From contig JANRKS010000002.1 of NCBI GenBank assembly GCA_033763315.1, positions 256,001 through 320,000 on the forward strand: a stretch of 64,000 nt of DNA, given 5' to 3'. A program made the position numbers and the translations under genes. This DNA is from Deltaproteobacteria bacterium. GTDB taxonomy: Bacteria > Myxococcota_A > Polyangia > Fen-1088. The notes under the pieces are model-generated. The model had not been told where the DNA came from and did no database searches. It worked only from the letters and a program-made list of their open reading frames with translations. Each line of letters opens with the position of its first letter. The stretch's first letter is position 1. Positions 41,661-50,428 of the stretch are shown here, piece by piece.

Positions 41661-42614
41661 ATGAGCGTGTTTGGAAACAGCCCACGCGACCCTAAGCGAC
41701 CACCTTCCCCGGGCGGCGCGCGCTGGTTGTTTCCCGAGGGCTGGCTGCAGTCCGACGAGTGCAAACTGTCGGCGTATCTGCCGTTTGAATCGTTGGTGGC
41801 CAACCGCCGCGTGCTGGACGTCAATGGCGTTTCCGCCGCAAAGGATCGCCTGCGCCGGGCCAAGGCACGAACCGTGATGGGTGGGGGGGACGCCCCTTGG
41901 GATCTGCCTCCGCAGAGCGTGGACGTGGTCTTGGCCCTGGGCGAGGCCAACCCGCAAGATGACCTGCTGCTGCGAGAAGTGGCGCGCGTGTTGGCGCCCG
42001 GTGGCTTCGCTGCCCTGCGGTTTGGCGCGTCGTCGGTGAGCAGTCCCGCGTCGCTCGCGGCGGCGCTTGGCCCCGTGTTTCCTACGGTCGATCTGGTGGG
42101 TCAGATCCCCATCGTCGGCTTCACGTTTGACCGCGGGGGCAGCCCCGGTGTTGTGGTGGCGGAAGATTTCTTTCCCGTGGGCGCTGCCCCGACCCATTGG
42201 TTGGCGTTGTGCGCCTTGGGTGAGCCGCGGCCTTGGGCCGGCTTGGACACCTGGCTTGTGCCCCTGGCGCGGCCGAGCGAGGCTGCCAATGCCGGGCGCG
42301 TGGACGTTGCGGGCGCCAAAGACGAAAGTGACCTGCGCGTGGCGGAGCTGACGCGTGAGCGCGAGTATCTGCGCGAGCTCTTGATGACCGTGCAAGATGA
42401 GCGTGATCGGTTGGCGCGTCTGTCAGCAAACCTACGGCGGGACGCGGACCGCGGCTTGGCCCGGATGTCAGAGCAAGCTGCGGCGCTTGAGGTCTTGACG
42501 CTTGAACGGGATCAAGCCCTTCGGCGCGCCGCCGCGGCCGAGTCGCTGGCGCGCGAATCAGCTGCCCCCATCCATGATTTCGATGCGCCGAAAACGCGGC
42601 CCACATCTGCTTGA
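41661..42614 (+). CDS. Degenerate methyltransferase-like domain plus C-terminal coiled coil
   Basis: RRVLDV, SVDVVL, REVARVLAPGG; heptad-rich tail. Confidence 0.6.
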   Translation: MSVFGNSPRDPKRPPSPGGARWLFPEGWLQSDECKLSAYLPFESLVANRRVLDVNGVSAAKDRLRRAKARTVMGGGDAPWDLPPQSVDVVLALGEANPQDDLLLREVARVLAPGGFAALRFGASSVSSPASLAAALGPVFPTVDLVGQIPIVGFTFDRGGSPGVVVAEDFFPVGAAPTHWLALCALGEPRPWAGLDTWLVPLARPSEAANAGRVDVAGAKDESDLRVAELTREREYLRELLMTVQDERDRLARLSANLRRDADRGLARMSEQAAALEVLTLERDQALRRAAAAESLARESAAPIHDFDAPKTRPTSA

Positions 42615-42639
42615 CCAATGTCGAAGACTCCCCTATGGT
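42611..42639 (+). promoter_or_regulatory. Sigma70 promoter of tRNA-Leu
   Basis: TTGACC-N17-TATGGT ending 12 nt upstream of the tRNA. Confidence 0.7.
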
Positions 42640-42651
42640 TCCGGTCCCGTC

Positions 42652-42735
42652 GCGGTCGTGGCGGAATTGGTAGACGCGCTAGATTCAGGTTCTAGTGGTG
42701 GAAACACTGTGAGAGTTCGAGTCTCTCCGACCGCA
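42652..42735 (+). tRNA. tRNA-Leu (CAG)
   Basis: GCGGTCG acceptor stem, CTAGA-TTCAGGT-TCTAG anticodon arm, variable arm, GTTCGAG. Confidence 0.95.
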
Positions 42736-42839
42736 CAAGTGAGGCTTTGGCGCGCAAGCGCGAGCCGTCTGCCACCGCTGCTGCGTTCGCCGTTCGGTCC
42801 TGAGTTCAACGGCGGCTTTCGCCAGAAGGAATTGCGCAG

Positions 42840-44021
42840 ATGAAGCGTCTTGTCCTCGTGTTTTTGTTGGCGTTGGCTGGCAGCAAAGCCCACGCGCAAG
42901 AGGTGCCACCGCCCCCCTCTGACGTGCCCATGCCGCCATCGGACGCAACGTCATCTGCCGTTACAACCGGTGCTTGGGATCAAGATTACGACAAAGCACG
43001 TTTGCTGTTGCGTGATGGCCAATTCAACCAAGCCGCCGAAGCGCTTTCCACCTTGGCCGGCCACGCACCCGACGTTGGTCGACGGCGGTTGGCGCTGGAG
43101 CAATCGTGGCTTGCTCTTTACTGGTCAAAGCGCGGATACCAACTTGAGCTCGTGTCGCCAGAAGAACGCTCAACCGCGGCGGCGCGCTTTCGCGACAAAC
43201 GCACCACCGATGAACTCGGTTGGTTGTACACGACGTCAGTGTTTTATGGCATAGGCTCCGGCATTGCCTTGGCCATGTACACCGAGCCGGACTCTCCCGC
43301 CGGTGCCATTTTGCCCACGTTGGCGTTGTCGGGTCTGTCGGTGAGCTTGGTGTACGGCATCGATAAGAAGCCGCTTCGCTATGGGGGAGCGCAGGCCATT
43401 ACCTCGGCCTTGTTCGTGGGATTCGAAGAAGGTCTGGTTTGGGTGTTGTGGCGTGAAGCGGCCTCCTCCTATGAGACGGATCTCAGCGGCAAACAGGTTG
43501 CAGGCTATTTGTGGGGCGCCACAACGGCGGGTGCGGTGGTGGGTGGCCTCGTGGGGCAACTGTACGGCATCACGCCCGGGCGCGCGTCTTTGATCGGTTC
43601 GGGCGCGTTGTGGTCTTCTTTGGTGGTCGGCATGGGCGTGGGCGCTATGACCGATCGCTCAAGCACAGGATTGCTTTCCGCTGCCATTGCGTTGAACGTG
43701 GGTGCCCTGGGGGGGTTCGTGCTTGGTGACCGCGTTCAACCCAGCATTGGCCGCGTGCGCTTCTTGGATTTGGGGGTCATCTCGGGAGGCCTGGTTGTGG
43801 GCGGCTTGGCGTTCGCCTTGGCCGGCGACAACGCCGATGGGCGGGGGCTGCTGGGCGCAACGGCGGCGGGCATGGTGGCCGGCTTCACCACAGCATGGGT
43901 CATGACCCGCAACATGGCGCCCGATGATCCGCAGCGCGCGCCAGCTGTGGCGTTGGTGCCGACGTTGATGCCAGCGCACAACGGTACCGGCACTTTGCTG
44001 GGCGTGGGCGGCGTGTTTTAG
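42840..44021 (+). CDS. Exported Gly-rich multi-helix membrane protein
   Basis: Signal peptide AHA, TPR-like helix, Gly-rich hydrophobic helices, ends LLGVGGVF. Confidence 0.7.
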   Translation: MKRLVLVFLLALAGSKAHAQEVPPPPSDVPMPPSDATSSAVTTGAWDQDYDKARLLLRDGQFNQAAEALSTLAGHAPDVGRRRLALEQSWLALYWSKRGYQLELVSPEERSTAAARFRDKRTTDELGWLYTTSVFYGIGSGIALAMYTEPDSPAGAILPTLALSGLSVSLVYGIDKKPLRYGGAQAITSALFVGFEEGLVWVLWREAASSYETDLSGKQVAGYLWGATTAGAVVGGLVGQLYGITPGRASLIGSGALWSSLVVGMGVGAMTDRSSTGLLSAAIALNVGALGGFVLGDRVQPSIGRVRFLDLGVISGGLVVGGLAFALAGDNADGRGLLGATAAGMVAGFTTAWVMTRNMAPDDPQRAPAVALVPTLMPAHNGTGTLLGVGGVF

Positions 44022-44118
44022 CCTGCCATGTAGCGCTGCGGTTAAATGTTTCCGCATGGCCGCGGAAACGCACGCGCGGGCCTTGTCAAAGCGGCTTTGC
44101 TGCGACAGGCATTGGCTG

Positions 44119-46797
44119 ATGCCCAACAAAGATGGCGATGCTGTAGCGGAGCTTGGCACCGAAGCGGCTCCGGCGCCTTTGCGCAATGAAGTGAATACGC
44201 TGGCTCGCGCCCTGGGGCAGCAGATCCGGCGTCTGTCGGGTGCCGAAGCGTTTGCCTTGGCCGACGAAATACGCACGTGCGTCAAGGACATCCGCAAAGC
44301 GGCAGGCAGCGGAGACGCATCCCAAGCCGATGCTTTGCACCAACGCATCGCCGCGCTTTCCACCGAACGCGCCGAAGGGTTGGTGTCGGCGTTCTCGCTG
44401 TATTTTCACCTTGTCAACGTGGCTGAAGAGCGCCAGCGCGCGCGGGTGAACCACGAACGCGAGGCCAACAGCTCTGCTGATCATCCACGCCGCGAATCTT
44501 TGATGGCCATGGTGGGCACGTTGAAGCGCGATGGCTTTAGTTATCAAGAAGTGGTGGATCTGTTGTCGCGGGTGCAGTTGCACCTGACGTTCACAGCGCA
44601 CCCCACAGAAACCCGGCGCCGCACCGTTCGCCAACACATCGAACAGATCGAGCAGGCCCTGGAACGCAAGAATGACGAAGAAATCACGGCGCGCGTGGGC
44701 TTGCTGTGGGCCACGCGTGAGTTGAGACAAACGCGGCCCACGGTGGAGGATGAAGTGCGCGGCAGCCTGCATTACTTGCCGCAGGTTCTGTGGCACACGC
44801 TGCCGCGGATTGTGGACGGGCTTGAGGGCGCGGTGCTGGCGCACTATGGGCAACGCCCCACCTTGCCACCGCCGGTGGTGTTTCGCAGCTGGATTGGCGG
44901 TGACCGCGACGGCAACCCGAACGTTGTGGCCCCTGTGACCGCGTGGGCCCAGACCTATGCGCGCGAGCAGGCTCTGGATGGTTACCGCAAAGAACTGGAC
45001 GTGCTTTTGCGCGACCTGTCTGTCTCCGCCGATCGCGTGGCGATTCCGCCAGCCTTGCAGGCAAAGTTGACTGACGCTTTGGCGCGTTTGCCCGCCGAAG
45101 CGATCGTTAACGACGAACCGTTGCGCAGTTTGTGCCGGCTCATGCAACGCCGGCTTGGTGCGGGCGCGGACGCCTACGAAGACAAGCAACAACTATTCGA
45201 AGACGTGGCGTTGTTGAGCGAATCCCTGCAGGCCTTGGATCTCGGCGAAGCCACGCGATGCTTGGTGAGGCCGTTCGAGGTGCGTGCGCAAAGCTTTGGT
45301 TTGGATCTCGTCACACTTGATCTGCGTGAAGAATCACGCGCTCACACCGAAGCGGTGGCTGAGCTTTTCACGGCGGCCGGGGTCAACACTGCCTATGGAA
45401 CGTTGGATCCAGCGGCGCGAGAGGCGTTGTTGACCAATGAGTTGGCGAGCCGCCGCCCGTTGGCTCCCGTGGGCTGGAAGCCGACCACACGTGCGTTGCA
45501 AGTGGCGGTGGAAAGCTTGCGTGCGTGGAAAGCGCGCGGCGCCTACGTGGTGAGCATGACCCGATCCGCGGCTGACATGTTGGAGGTTCTGCTGCTGGCG
45601 CGCGAAGTGGGCTTATTTACGCCGGGCGAAGCTTTGCCGTTTGATGTGGTGCCGCTGTTTGAAACGCTGGCCGATTTGCAGAACGCGCCCACCACTGTGA
45701 GCCGGCTATTGTCCCAACCTGTGTTCGCCGCCCATGTCAAAGGCCGGGGCGGCTTGGAAGTCATGATTGGGTATTCCGATTCAAACAAAGACGCGGGCTT
45801 TTTGGCCGCCAACTGGGCGCTGTACCGTGCGCAAGAGGAGATCGCGGCGGAGGCCAAACGATTCGGTGTGACCGTATGGTTCTTCCACGGGCGCGGCACA
45901 TCCACGGCGCGGGGCGGTGGCAGCGCCGGTCGTGCGCTGGCCAGCTTGCCACCTGGCACAGTGGGCTACCGCATGCGGCTTACCGAGCAGGGCGAAGCCT
46001 TGGCGGATCGTTACAGCCACCCCGAGTTCGCGCACCGTCACCTTGAACAGCTGCTGTTCCATTTGAGTTTGGCGGCGGCGCGCGATGTGCGCGGGGAACA
46101 TCAAGATGTGCCCCAGGCGTGGCGGCAAGCCGTTGACGAAGCGGCCGCCACGTCCACCGCTGCGTACCGAGCGCTGCTTGCGGTGCCAGGCTTCTTTGAG
46201 TTTTACGAGCAGTTCACGCCGATTCGTGAAATCGGCGCGTTGAAGATCGCTAGCCGCCCGGTTTACCGTTCAGGCCGCGTGCGAGAGCTGCGCGATCTAC
46301 GTGCGATTCCGTGGGTGATGTCGTGGACGCAGGTGAGGTTGCCTGTGCCGTCCTTCTTTGGTGTGGCCGAGGGGTTGCGCAAACTGCCGGTGCAGCTGCG
46401 GCGGCAAATGTTGGCGCAGTGGCCGTTTTTCGCGAGCACTTTAGATAGTGCCGCCACTGCGTTGGGCAAGGCCGATCCGCTTGTGGCCAAAGAGTACTTG
46501 AGCCTTGTGGAGCCCGGTCTGGCTGAAACGTTCTATCCGCTCTTGAAGCGCGCGTTCGACGACGCACGCGATCTATTGGAAGAGACTTTCGAAGGACCGC
46601 TGTTGGCCAAACACCCAACGTTGGCGCGGCAGATTGACTTGCGAAATCCTTACGTGGATCCCATTGGTCGCATCCAGGTGGAATTGCTGCGTCGTTTGCG
46701 TGCCTGCACTCCCGACGATGCCGCGCGGCCTGGGCTTGAACGAGCGTTGATGGGGTCGTTGGTGGGCGTGGCCGCGGGGCTCCGCAACGCTGGCTAA
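44119..46797 (+). CDS. ppc: Phosphoenolpyruvate carboxylase
   Basis: FTAHPTE, SWIGGDRDGNP, VMIGYSDSNKDAG, FHGRG, LRAIPW, GLRNAG. Confidence 0.97.
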   Translation: MPNKDGDAVAELGTEAAPAPLRNEVNTLARALGQQIRRLSGAEAFALADEIRTCVKDIRKAAGSGDASQADALHQRIAALSTERAEGLVSAFSLYFHLVNVAEERQRARVNHEREANSSADHPRRESLMAMVGTLKRDGFSYQEVVDLLSRVQLHLTFTAHPTETRRRTVRQHIEQIEQALERKNDEEITARVGLLWATRELRQTRPTVEDEVRGSLHYLPQVLWHTLPRIVDGLEGAVLAHYGQRPTLPPPVVFRSWIGGDRDGNPNVVAPVTAWAQTYAREQALDGYRKELDVLLRDLSVSADRVAIPPALQAKLTDALARLPAEAIVNDEPLRSLCRLMQRRLGAGADAYEDKQQLFEDVALLSESLQALDLGEATRCLVRPFEVRAQSFGLDLVTLDLREESRAHTEAVAELFTAAGVNTAYGTLDPAAREALLTNELASRRPLAPVGWKPTTRALQVAVESLRAWKARGAYVVSMTRSAADMLEVLLLAREVGLFTPGEALPFDVVPLFETLADLQNAPTTVSRLLSQPVFAAHVKGRGGLEVMIGYSDSNKDAGFLAANWALYRAQEEIAAEAKRFGVTVWFFHGRGTSTARGGGSAGRALASLPPGTVGYRMRLTEQGEALADRYSHPEFAHRHLEQLLFHLSLAAARDVRGEHQDVPQAWRQAVDEAAATSTAAYRALLAVPGFFEFYEQFTPIREIGALKIASRPVYRSGRVRELRDLRAIPWVMSWTQVRLPVPSFFGVAEGLRKLPVQLRRQMLAQWPFFASTLDSAATALGKADPLVAKEYLSLVEPGLAETFYPLLKRAFDDARDLLEETFEGPLLAKHPTLARQIDLRNPYVDPIGRIQVELLRRLRACTPDDAARPGLERALMGSLVGVAAGLRNAG

Positions 46798-46805
46798 GCT
46801 TCGAA

Positions 46806-46841
46806 AAGCAAAACGGCCCGGGCGTTCGCCGAGGCCGTTTC
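46806..46841. terminator. Bidirectional terminator between ppc and RRM gene
   Basis: aaacggcc...ggccgttt stem with flanking A/T runs. Confidence 0.75.
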
Positions 46842-46861
46842 ACGTCTAACGGGCTTGCTGG

Positions 46862-47263
46862 CTACCAGCGACCGCCGCCACCACCGCCGCCGCGGTAGTC
46901 ACGGTCACCGCCGCCGCCTCCGCCGCCGCGATCGCGGTCACGACCGCCGCCACCGCCACCACCGCGAGGACCACGGCCGCCGCCGCCGCCACCACCACCA
47001 CCACCACCACCGGCGCCGCGCTCAAGAGCCTCGCTTACGCGAAGGCTGCGACCGCGCAAGTCGCGGCCGTTAAGGGTAGAAATTGCATTGGCGCAGTCAC
47101 TTTCAGAACCCATTTCCACGAAAGCGAACCCGCGGGGGTTGTTGGTGTATCGGTCGAGGGGGACCGCCACTGAGCGAACATCGCCACACTCCGCGAACAC
47201 CTCGCGCAGTTCGTCCTCGCCAACATCAAACGACAGATTTCCAACAAACAGCTTGTTTCCCAT
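46862..47263 (-). CDS. RRM RNA-binding protein with Gly/Arg-rich tail
   Basis: RNP2 LFVGNL, RNP1 RGFAFVEM, GGG/RDR tail. Confidence 0.95.
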   Translation of the reverse strand: MGNKLFVGNLSFDVGEDELREVFAECGDVRSVAVPLDRYTNNPRGFAFVEMGSESDCANAISTLNGRDLRGRSLRVSEALERGAGGGGGGGGGGGGRGPRGGGGGGGRDRDRGGGGGGGDRDYRGGGGGGGRW

Positions 47264-47269
47264 AATACT

Positions 47270-47468
47270 CGTCCTCGTCTCTTATGCCCTGCGGGCTTTG
47301 CCTTTTGGCGCCTTGATCACACACCGGCGAATCCAGTGTCAGCGAACCAGAACGTCCGCCCTCACACCACAATCGCGTCCTCGGAACACCAAGGCGAAAA
47401 AGCAACAAGAGGACGGGAAGAACCGTACGCTGAGAGGGGATACTAGCGGCTTCGATCGCCCTCGTCCA
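47270..47468 (-). promoter_or_regulatory. Promoter and structured 5' leader of RRM gene
   Basis: TGGACG-N17-TAGTAT (47468-47440); long nested complementary segments covering the RBS. Confidence 0.55.
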
Positions 47469-47561
47469 CGAATCGCCCTTGAGGCAAAATGCTGCGTCGT
47501 GTTGCGAAGCCGCGCAGGGCATTTTGTGGCCTTGCGGTCGCCCGCCTTATAATCGCAGCGC

Positions 47562-48809
47562 ATGCCGTTGCGCCTGACGTTGGGGGTTGTATTGATGGTC
47601 GTCGCCCCTCGCGCGGCCATCGCTCAAACGATGCGCGACGCCGTGAAGGAGCACGTCAAAGACAACCTGCAAGCGCCGCCCAACCCACCGGCCCCCGATC
47701 CGGTTCCGCCCAAGAAGAAGGCCGTCAAACCGAGTGGGCCTGTGACTGGGGCCAAAGCGGGCAACCCAGACGCGACGTGGTCGTTCTCAAGCGACGAGGC
47801 CACAAGCCCGCGCATCGTGAGTGCTGTGCCGAAGCGTCCTTTAAGTCCGTGGTTGCAACTCGACCTCAAGGTGGATGGCGCCTACCGCGGCTGGCTTCCG
47901 CAGCAATACAAAAGCGCTGACGTGAAAGTGGGCGGCTATTACACGTGGAGCGTGGAGTTGCGAGGCAAGCTGTTCAAATATGTGAACCTGCACCGCGGTT
48001 ACTACGAATCCAATTCACTTGCGGCGCCGCGCACGAATGAAGCGGCGGTCGCGGCGCAGGTGGGGCAACATTTGCCGAAGGCAGCGTGGCTTTTGGCCAC
48101 CGTGGGCGTGCCCATCTCGAAAGCCTGGGAGCCCACCGTTCGTTATGAATCACGTGCGTTCAACACCAGCGCAACGCCGAGAATTCCTGTGTGCATCGTG
48201 GATAGGGGTGCTTCTGGCGATTTACAGGATTGTCCCAAGACGATGAACAAGTTGAACATCGTTTCAGGCTTCGAGACGTTTACGATGGGCGTGCGTTACA
48301 ACCACGCCAAGGCCGGCGGCCCTGTGATCCAGGATCACGCGAGCAAAATTCCTCCGGTGTTCTTTGGGCTCGGTTTGATGTCGTACACGAAGCCGTATCA
48401 GGTGACGATCAACGGCAACACGTTGCAGGACTACCTCTTCGATGGGCGGTTTCGCGGCGCGGGCCTGGCCTTGGGCACGAACCTAGGCGGCGGGGTGCGA
48501 CAGCTGTTCGTCGATGCGGATCTGCAGGTGGGCCTTGGGCAAGTGTCACTTACCAACAGCTTGACCCTCAACGAACTGACGCCGGGCGACTGGTTGATTG
48601 GCTACGCGCAAGGCAACGTGACGTGCGGCTATCGGTTTGTGTTGTTTGAAGGGCCGCCAACCATCTTTTTCACACCCGTGGCCAGCGGCGGTGGCGCGAG
48701 CTTTCACTTCGTCAAGACCAAACAGAATGCCGACGAGCCGCAACGGACGCCGAATCTGAACTGGGATTTTCTGTGGTCTGTGCGGGCCGCGATCGAGGTG
48801 GCGATCTAG
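47562..48809 (+). CDS. Exported protein, possible outer-membrane beta-barrel
   Basis: Signal peptide AIA, Pro linker, many amphipathic strands, terminal strand WSVRAAIEVAI. Confidence 0.6.
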   Translation: MPLRLTLGVVLMVVAPRAAIAQTMRDAVKEHVKDNLQAPPNPPAPDPVPPKKKAVKPSGPVTGAKAGNPDATWSFSSDEATSPRIVSAVPKRPLSPWLQLDLKVDGAYRGWLPQQYKSADVKVGGYYTWSVELRGKLFKYVNLHRGYYESNSLAAPRTNEAAVAAQVGQHLPKAAWLLATVGVPISKAWEPTVRYESRAFNTSATPRIPVCIVDRGASGDLQDCPKTMNKLNIVSGFETFTMGVRYNHAKAGGPVIQDHASKIPPVFFGLGLMSYTKPYQVTINGNTLQDYLFDGRFRGAGLALGTNLGGGVRQLFVDADLQVGLGQVSLTNSLTLNELTPGDWLIGYAQGNVTCGYRFVLFEGPPTIFFTPVASGGGASFHFVKTKQNADEPQRTPNLNWDFLWSVRAAIEVAI

Positions 48810-50428
48810 TTGGTGTGCTTGTTGAGGTAGGTCACGAGGGCGTCCCTGATGGCGGCCCGTTGCGCGTTTGGCGACGACGTTGGGTAATACTCCGTGATGT
48901 AGAACGAAACTGTGGCTTCTGCCGCGTCGGCACTGCAGCCACCAACTTCGACGTATCCGTAAAAATCCATTTGTTCGGGTCCCTCCGTCCAAAACGGCAA
49001 AGGAGGATCCGGAAGCCTCTTCATGACATCCGTCCAAAAGCGCAGCAATTCGAGGTGAGGCGCGGGCGCGATCATTCTTAGGTTTCCTTTGTCATCCTCG
49101 AACCGAACCGTTGGATGCTGAGGCACAAAGCGTCCGCGTAGATGGATGCGACGGCCAAACAAAGCGAACGGGTTCGTCAGCAGAGCACCGATATCGACGT
49201 CCTCCGTCGGTTCACCAAGTAGCGCTGCCAAGGGGCGCTCGCGCCATGGCAGCGGGGTGGCGGGGCGCAGGGGCACTTCCTCGAGCACAACGCCGCTTTC
49301 GTTGATGTGAACGAGGCCGGCGGCGCCGGCGGCCACCCACCAGCCTTTGTTGCCGTCGCTTGTGGCGTCCACCGCTTTGATGCCATCGAGCACAAACACC
49401 GCGCTCCCCGACCGCGTTCCCAGCAGCAGACCTTTGCGTTCGATGTATCCGCAAAGCCAACGCCCAGCGCCGTCTTCGCGAATAAACCCAACGCCTCGGC
49501 CCCACTCTTCGTTTGGCAACGTGACGGGCTCTGTTCCGATGTAGAGCTTTTGCGGCGACGCAAACAGCGGCGAGGGCTGAGAAGACGACGACACCGTGCG
49601 CACGTCGACCGCGGCGGCTGCAGGGGCGGCTTCCCAGCGGCTGCCACCGACGGTGACGTTGAGGCGGGCGGGACCAGTGGTGGCGGTGGTGGCCCAGAGG
49701 TTACCCGCGCTGTCTTTGCCCAAAGCCTTGAGGTTCTCGGGTGGCATCGAAGGAAGGCTCCACGGCGCGTCGTCCAAGCGATCGATCATGGCACCCACAA
49801 GGTGCGCCGCGCCTCCCGACACAGCGGCCAACCACACGCCACCATTTGGATCCTCCACCAGCGGCTGTCGGGCACGCTCGCCCGCGTGAACAAGCGGCGC
49901 CGCACCGAAGACGCTGAGGTTGGTGTTGGTGTCGTAAGCGTAAAGATAACCTCGGCGTGAGGTGATCCACTTCGTTCCATCGCTGCCCAAAAGCAGTGCA
50001 TGAACGCCGCTGTCTGGCACGCGTGCGTTGTAGGCATCGAAGTAAGTCCAAGCGTTGCCTTGGCGACGGAACAGGCCATGACAAGTGGTGCCAGCCCACA
50101 ACGTGCCGTTGGGTTCAAGCGCCACCGCCGTGGCCTCCGTGCCCATCAACGCAACGGCGGATGCCCCCGCTGTGAGCGCGCTCGAAAGGCTGACAGGACC
50201 AGGGGTTACAGGTGGCGCTGCCTCGGACGGACACAGATTCGCGCAGATGTTGAGCGCCGTACAGCAAGAGAAACCTTTGGCGCAAGGGCAGGGTTTGCCC
50301 TTGAGCGGCAGTGGCTCTAAGCAGCCGCCCACGCATAGGAGCGCCAGCAGGCAAACAATCCCACCCAACAACAGGGGGCCTCGCGTCGCCGCTTTACCAG
50401 CGACCAGACAATGCGAACGCAACGCCAT
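48806..50428 (-). CDS. Lipoprotein with Cys-rich N-module and regulator-type beta-propeller
   Basis: Lipobox VGGC; KPCPCAKGFSCC..C...C; repeats EPNGTLWAGT, GSDGTKWIT, EDPNGGVWLA, KDSAGNLWAT; start uncertain. Confidence 0.75.
   Translation of the reverse strand: MALRSHCLVAGKAATRGPLLLGGIVCLLALLCVGGCLEPLPLKGKPCPCAKGFSCCTALNICANLCPSEAAPPVTPGPVSLSSALTAGASAVALMGTEATAVALEPNGTLWAGTTCHGLFRRQGNAWTYFDAYNARVPDSGVHALLLGSDGTKWITSRRGYLYAYDTNTNLSVFGAAPLVHAGERARQPLVEDPNGGVWLAAVSGGAAHLVGAMIDRLDDAPWSLPSMPPENLKALGKDSAGNLWATTATTGPARLNVTVGGSRWEAAPAAAAVDVRTVSSSSQPSPLFASPQKLYIGTEPVTLPNEEWGRGVGFIREDGAGRWLCGYIERKGLLLGTRSGSAVFVLDGIKAVDATSDGNKGWWVAAGAAGLVHINESGVVLEEVPLRPATPLPWRERPLAALLGEPTEDVDIGALLTNPFALFGRRIHLRGRFVPQHPTVRFEDDKGNLRMIAPAPHLELLRFWTDVMKRLPDPPLPFWTEGPEQMDFYGYVEVGGCSADAAEATVSFYITEYYPTSSPNAQRAAIRDALVTYLNKHTN

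Noticed and set aside
40716-42395. 559-aa minus-strand ORF and similar long shadow ORFs (e.g. 36742-37848, 44086-45192, 31830-32783)
   Set aside because: Alternative-frame products of high GC content overlapping well-supported genes; no recognisable motifs
46866-47015. Repetitive CCG/CCA tract resembling a tandem repeat array
   Set aside because: Encodes the Gly-rich tail of the RRM protein; no repeat-spacer structure
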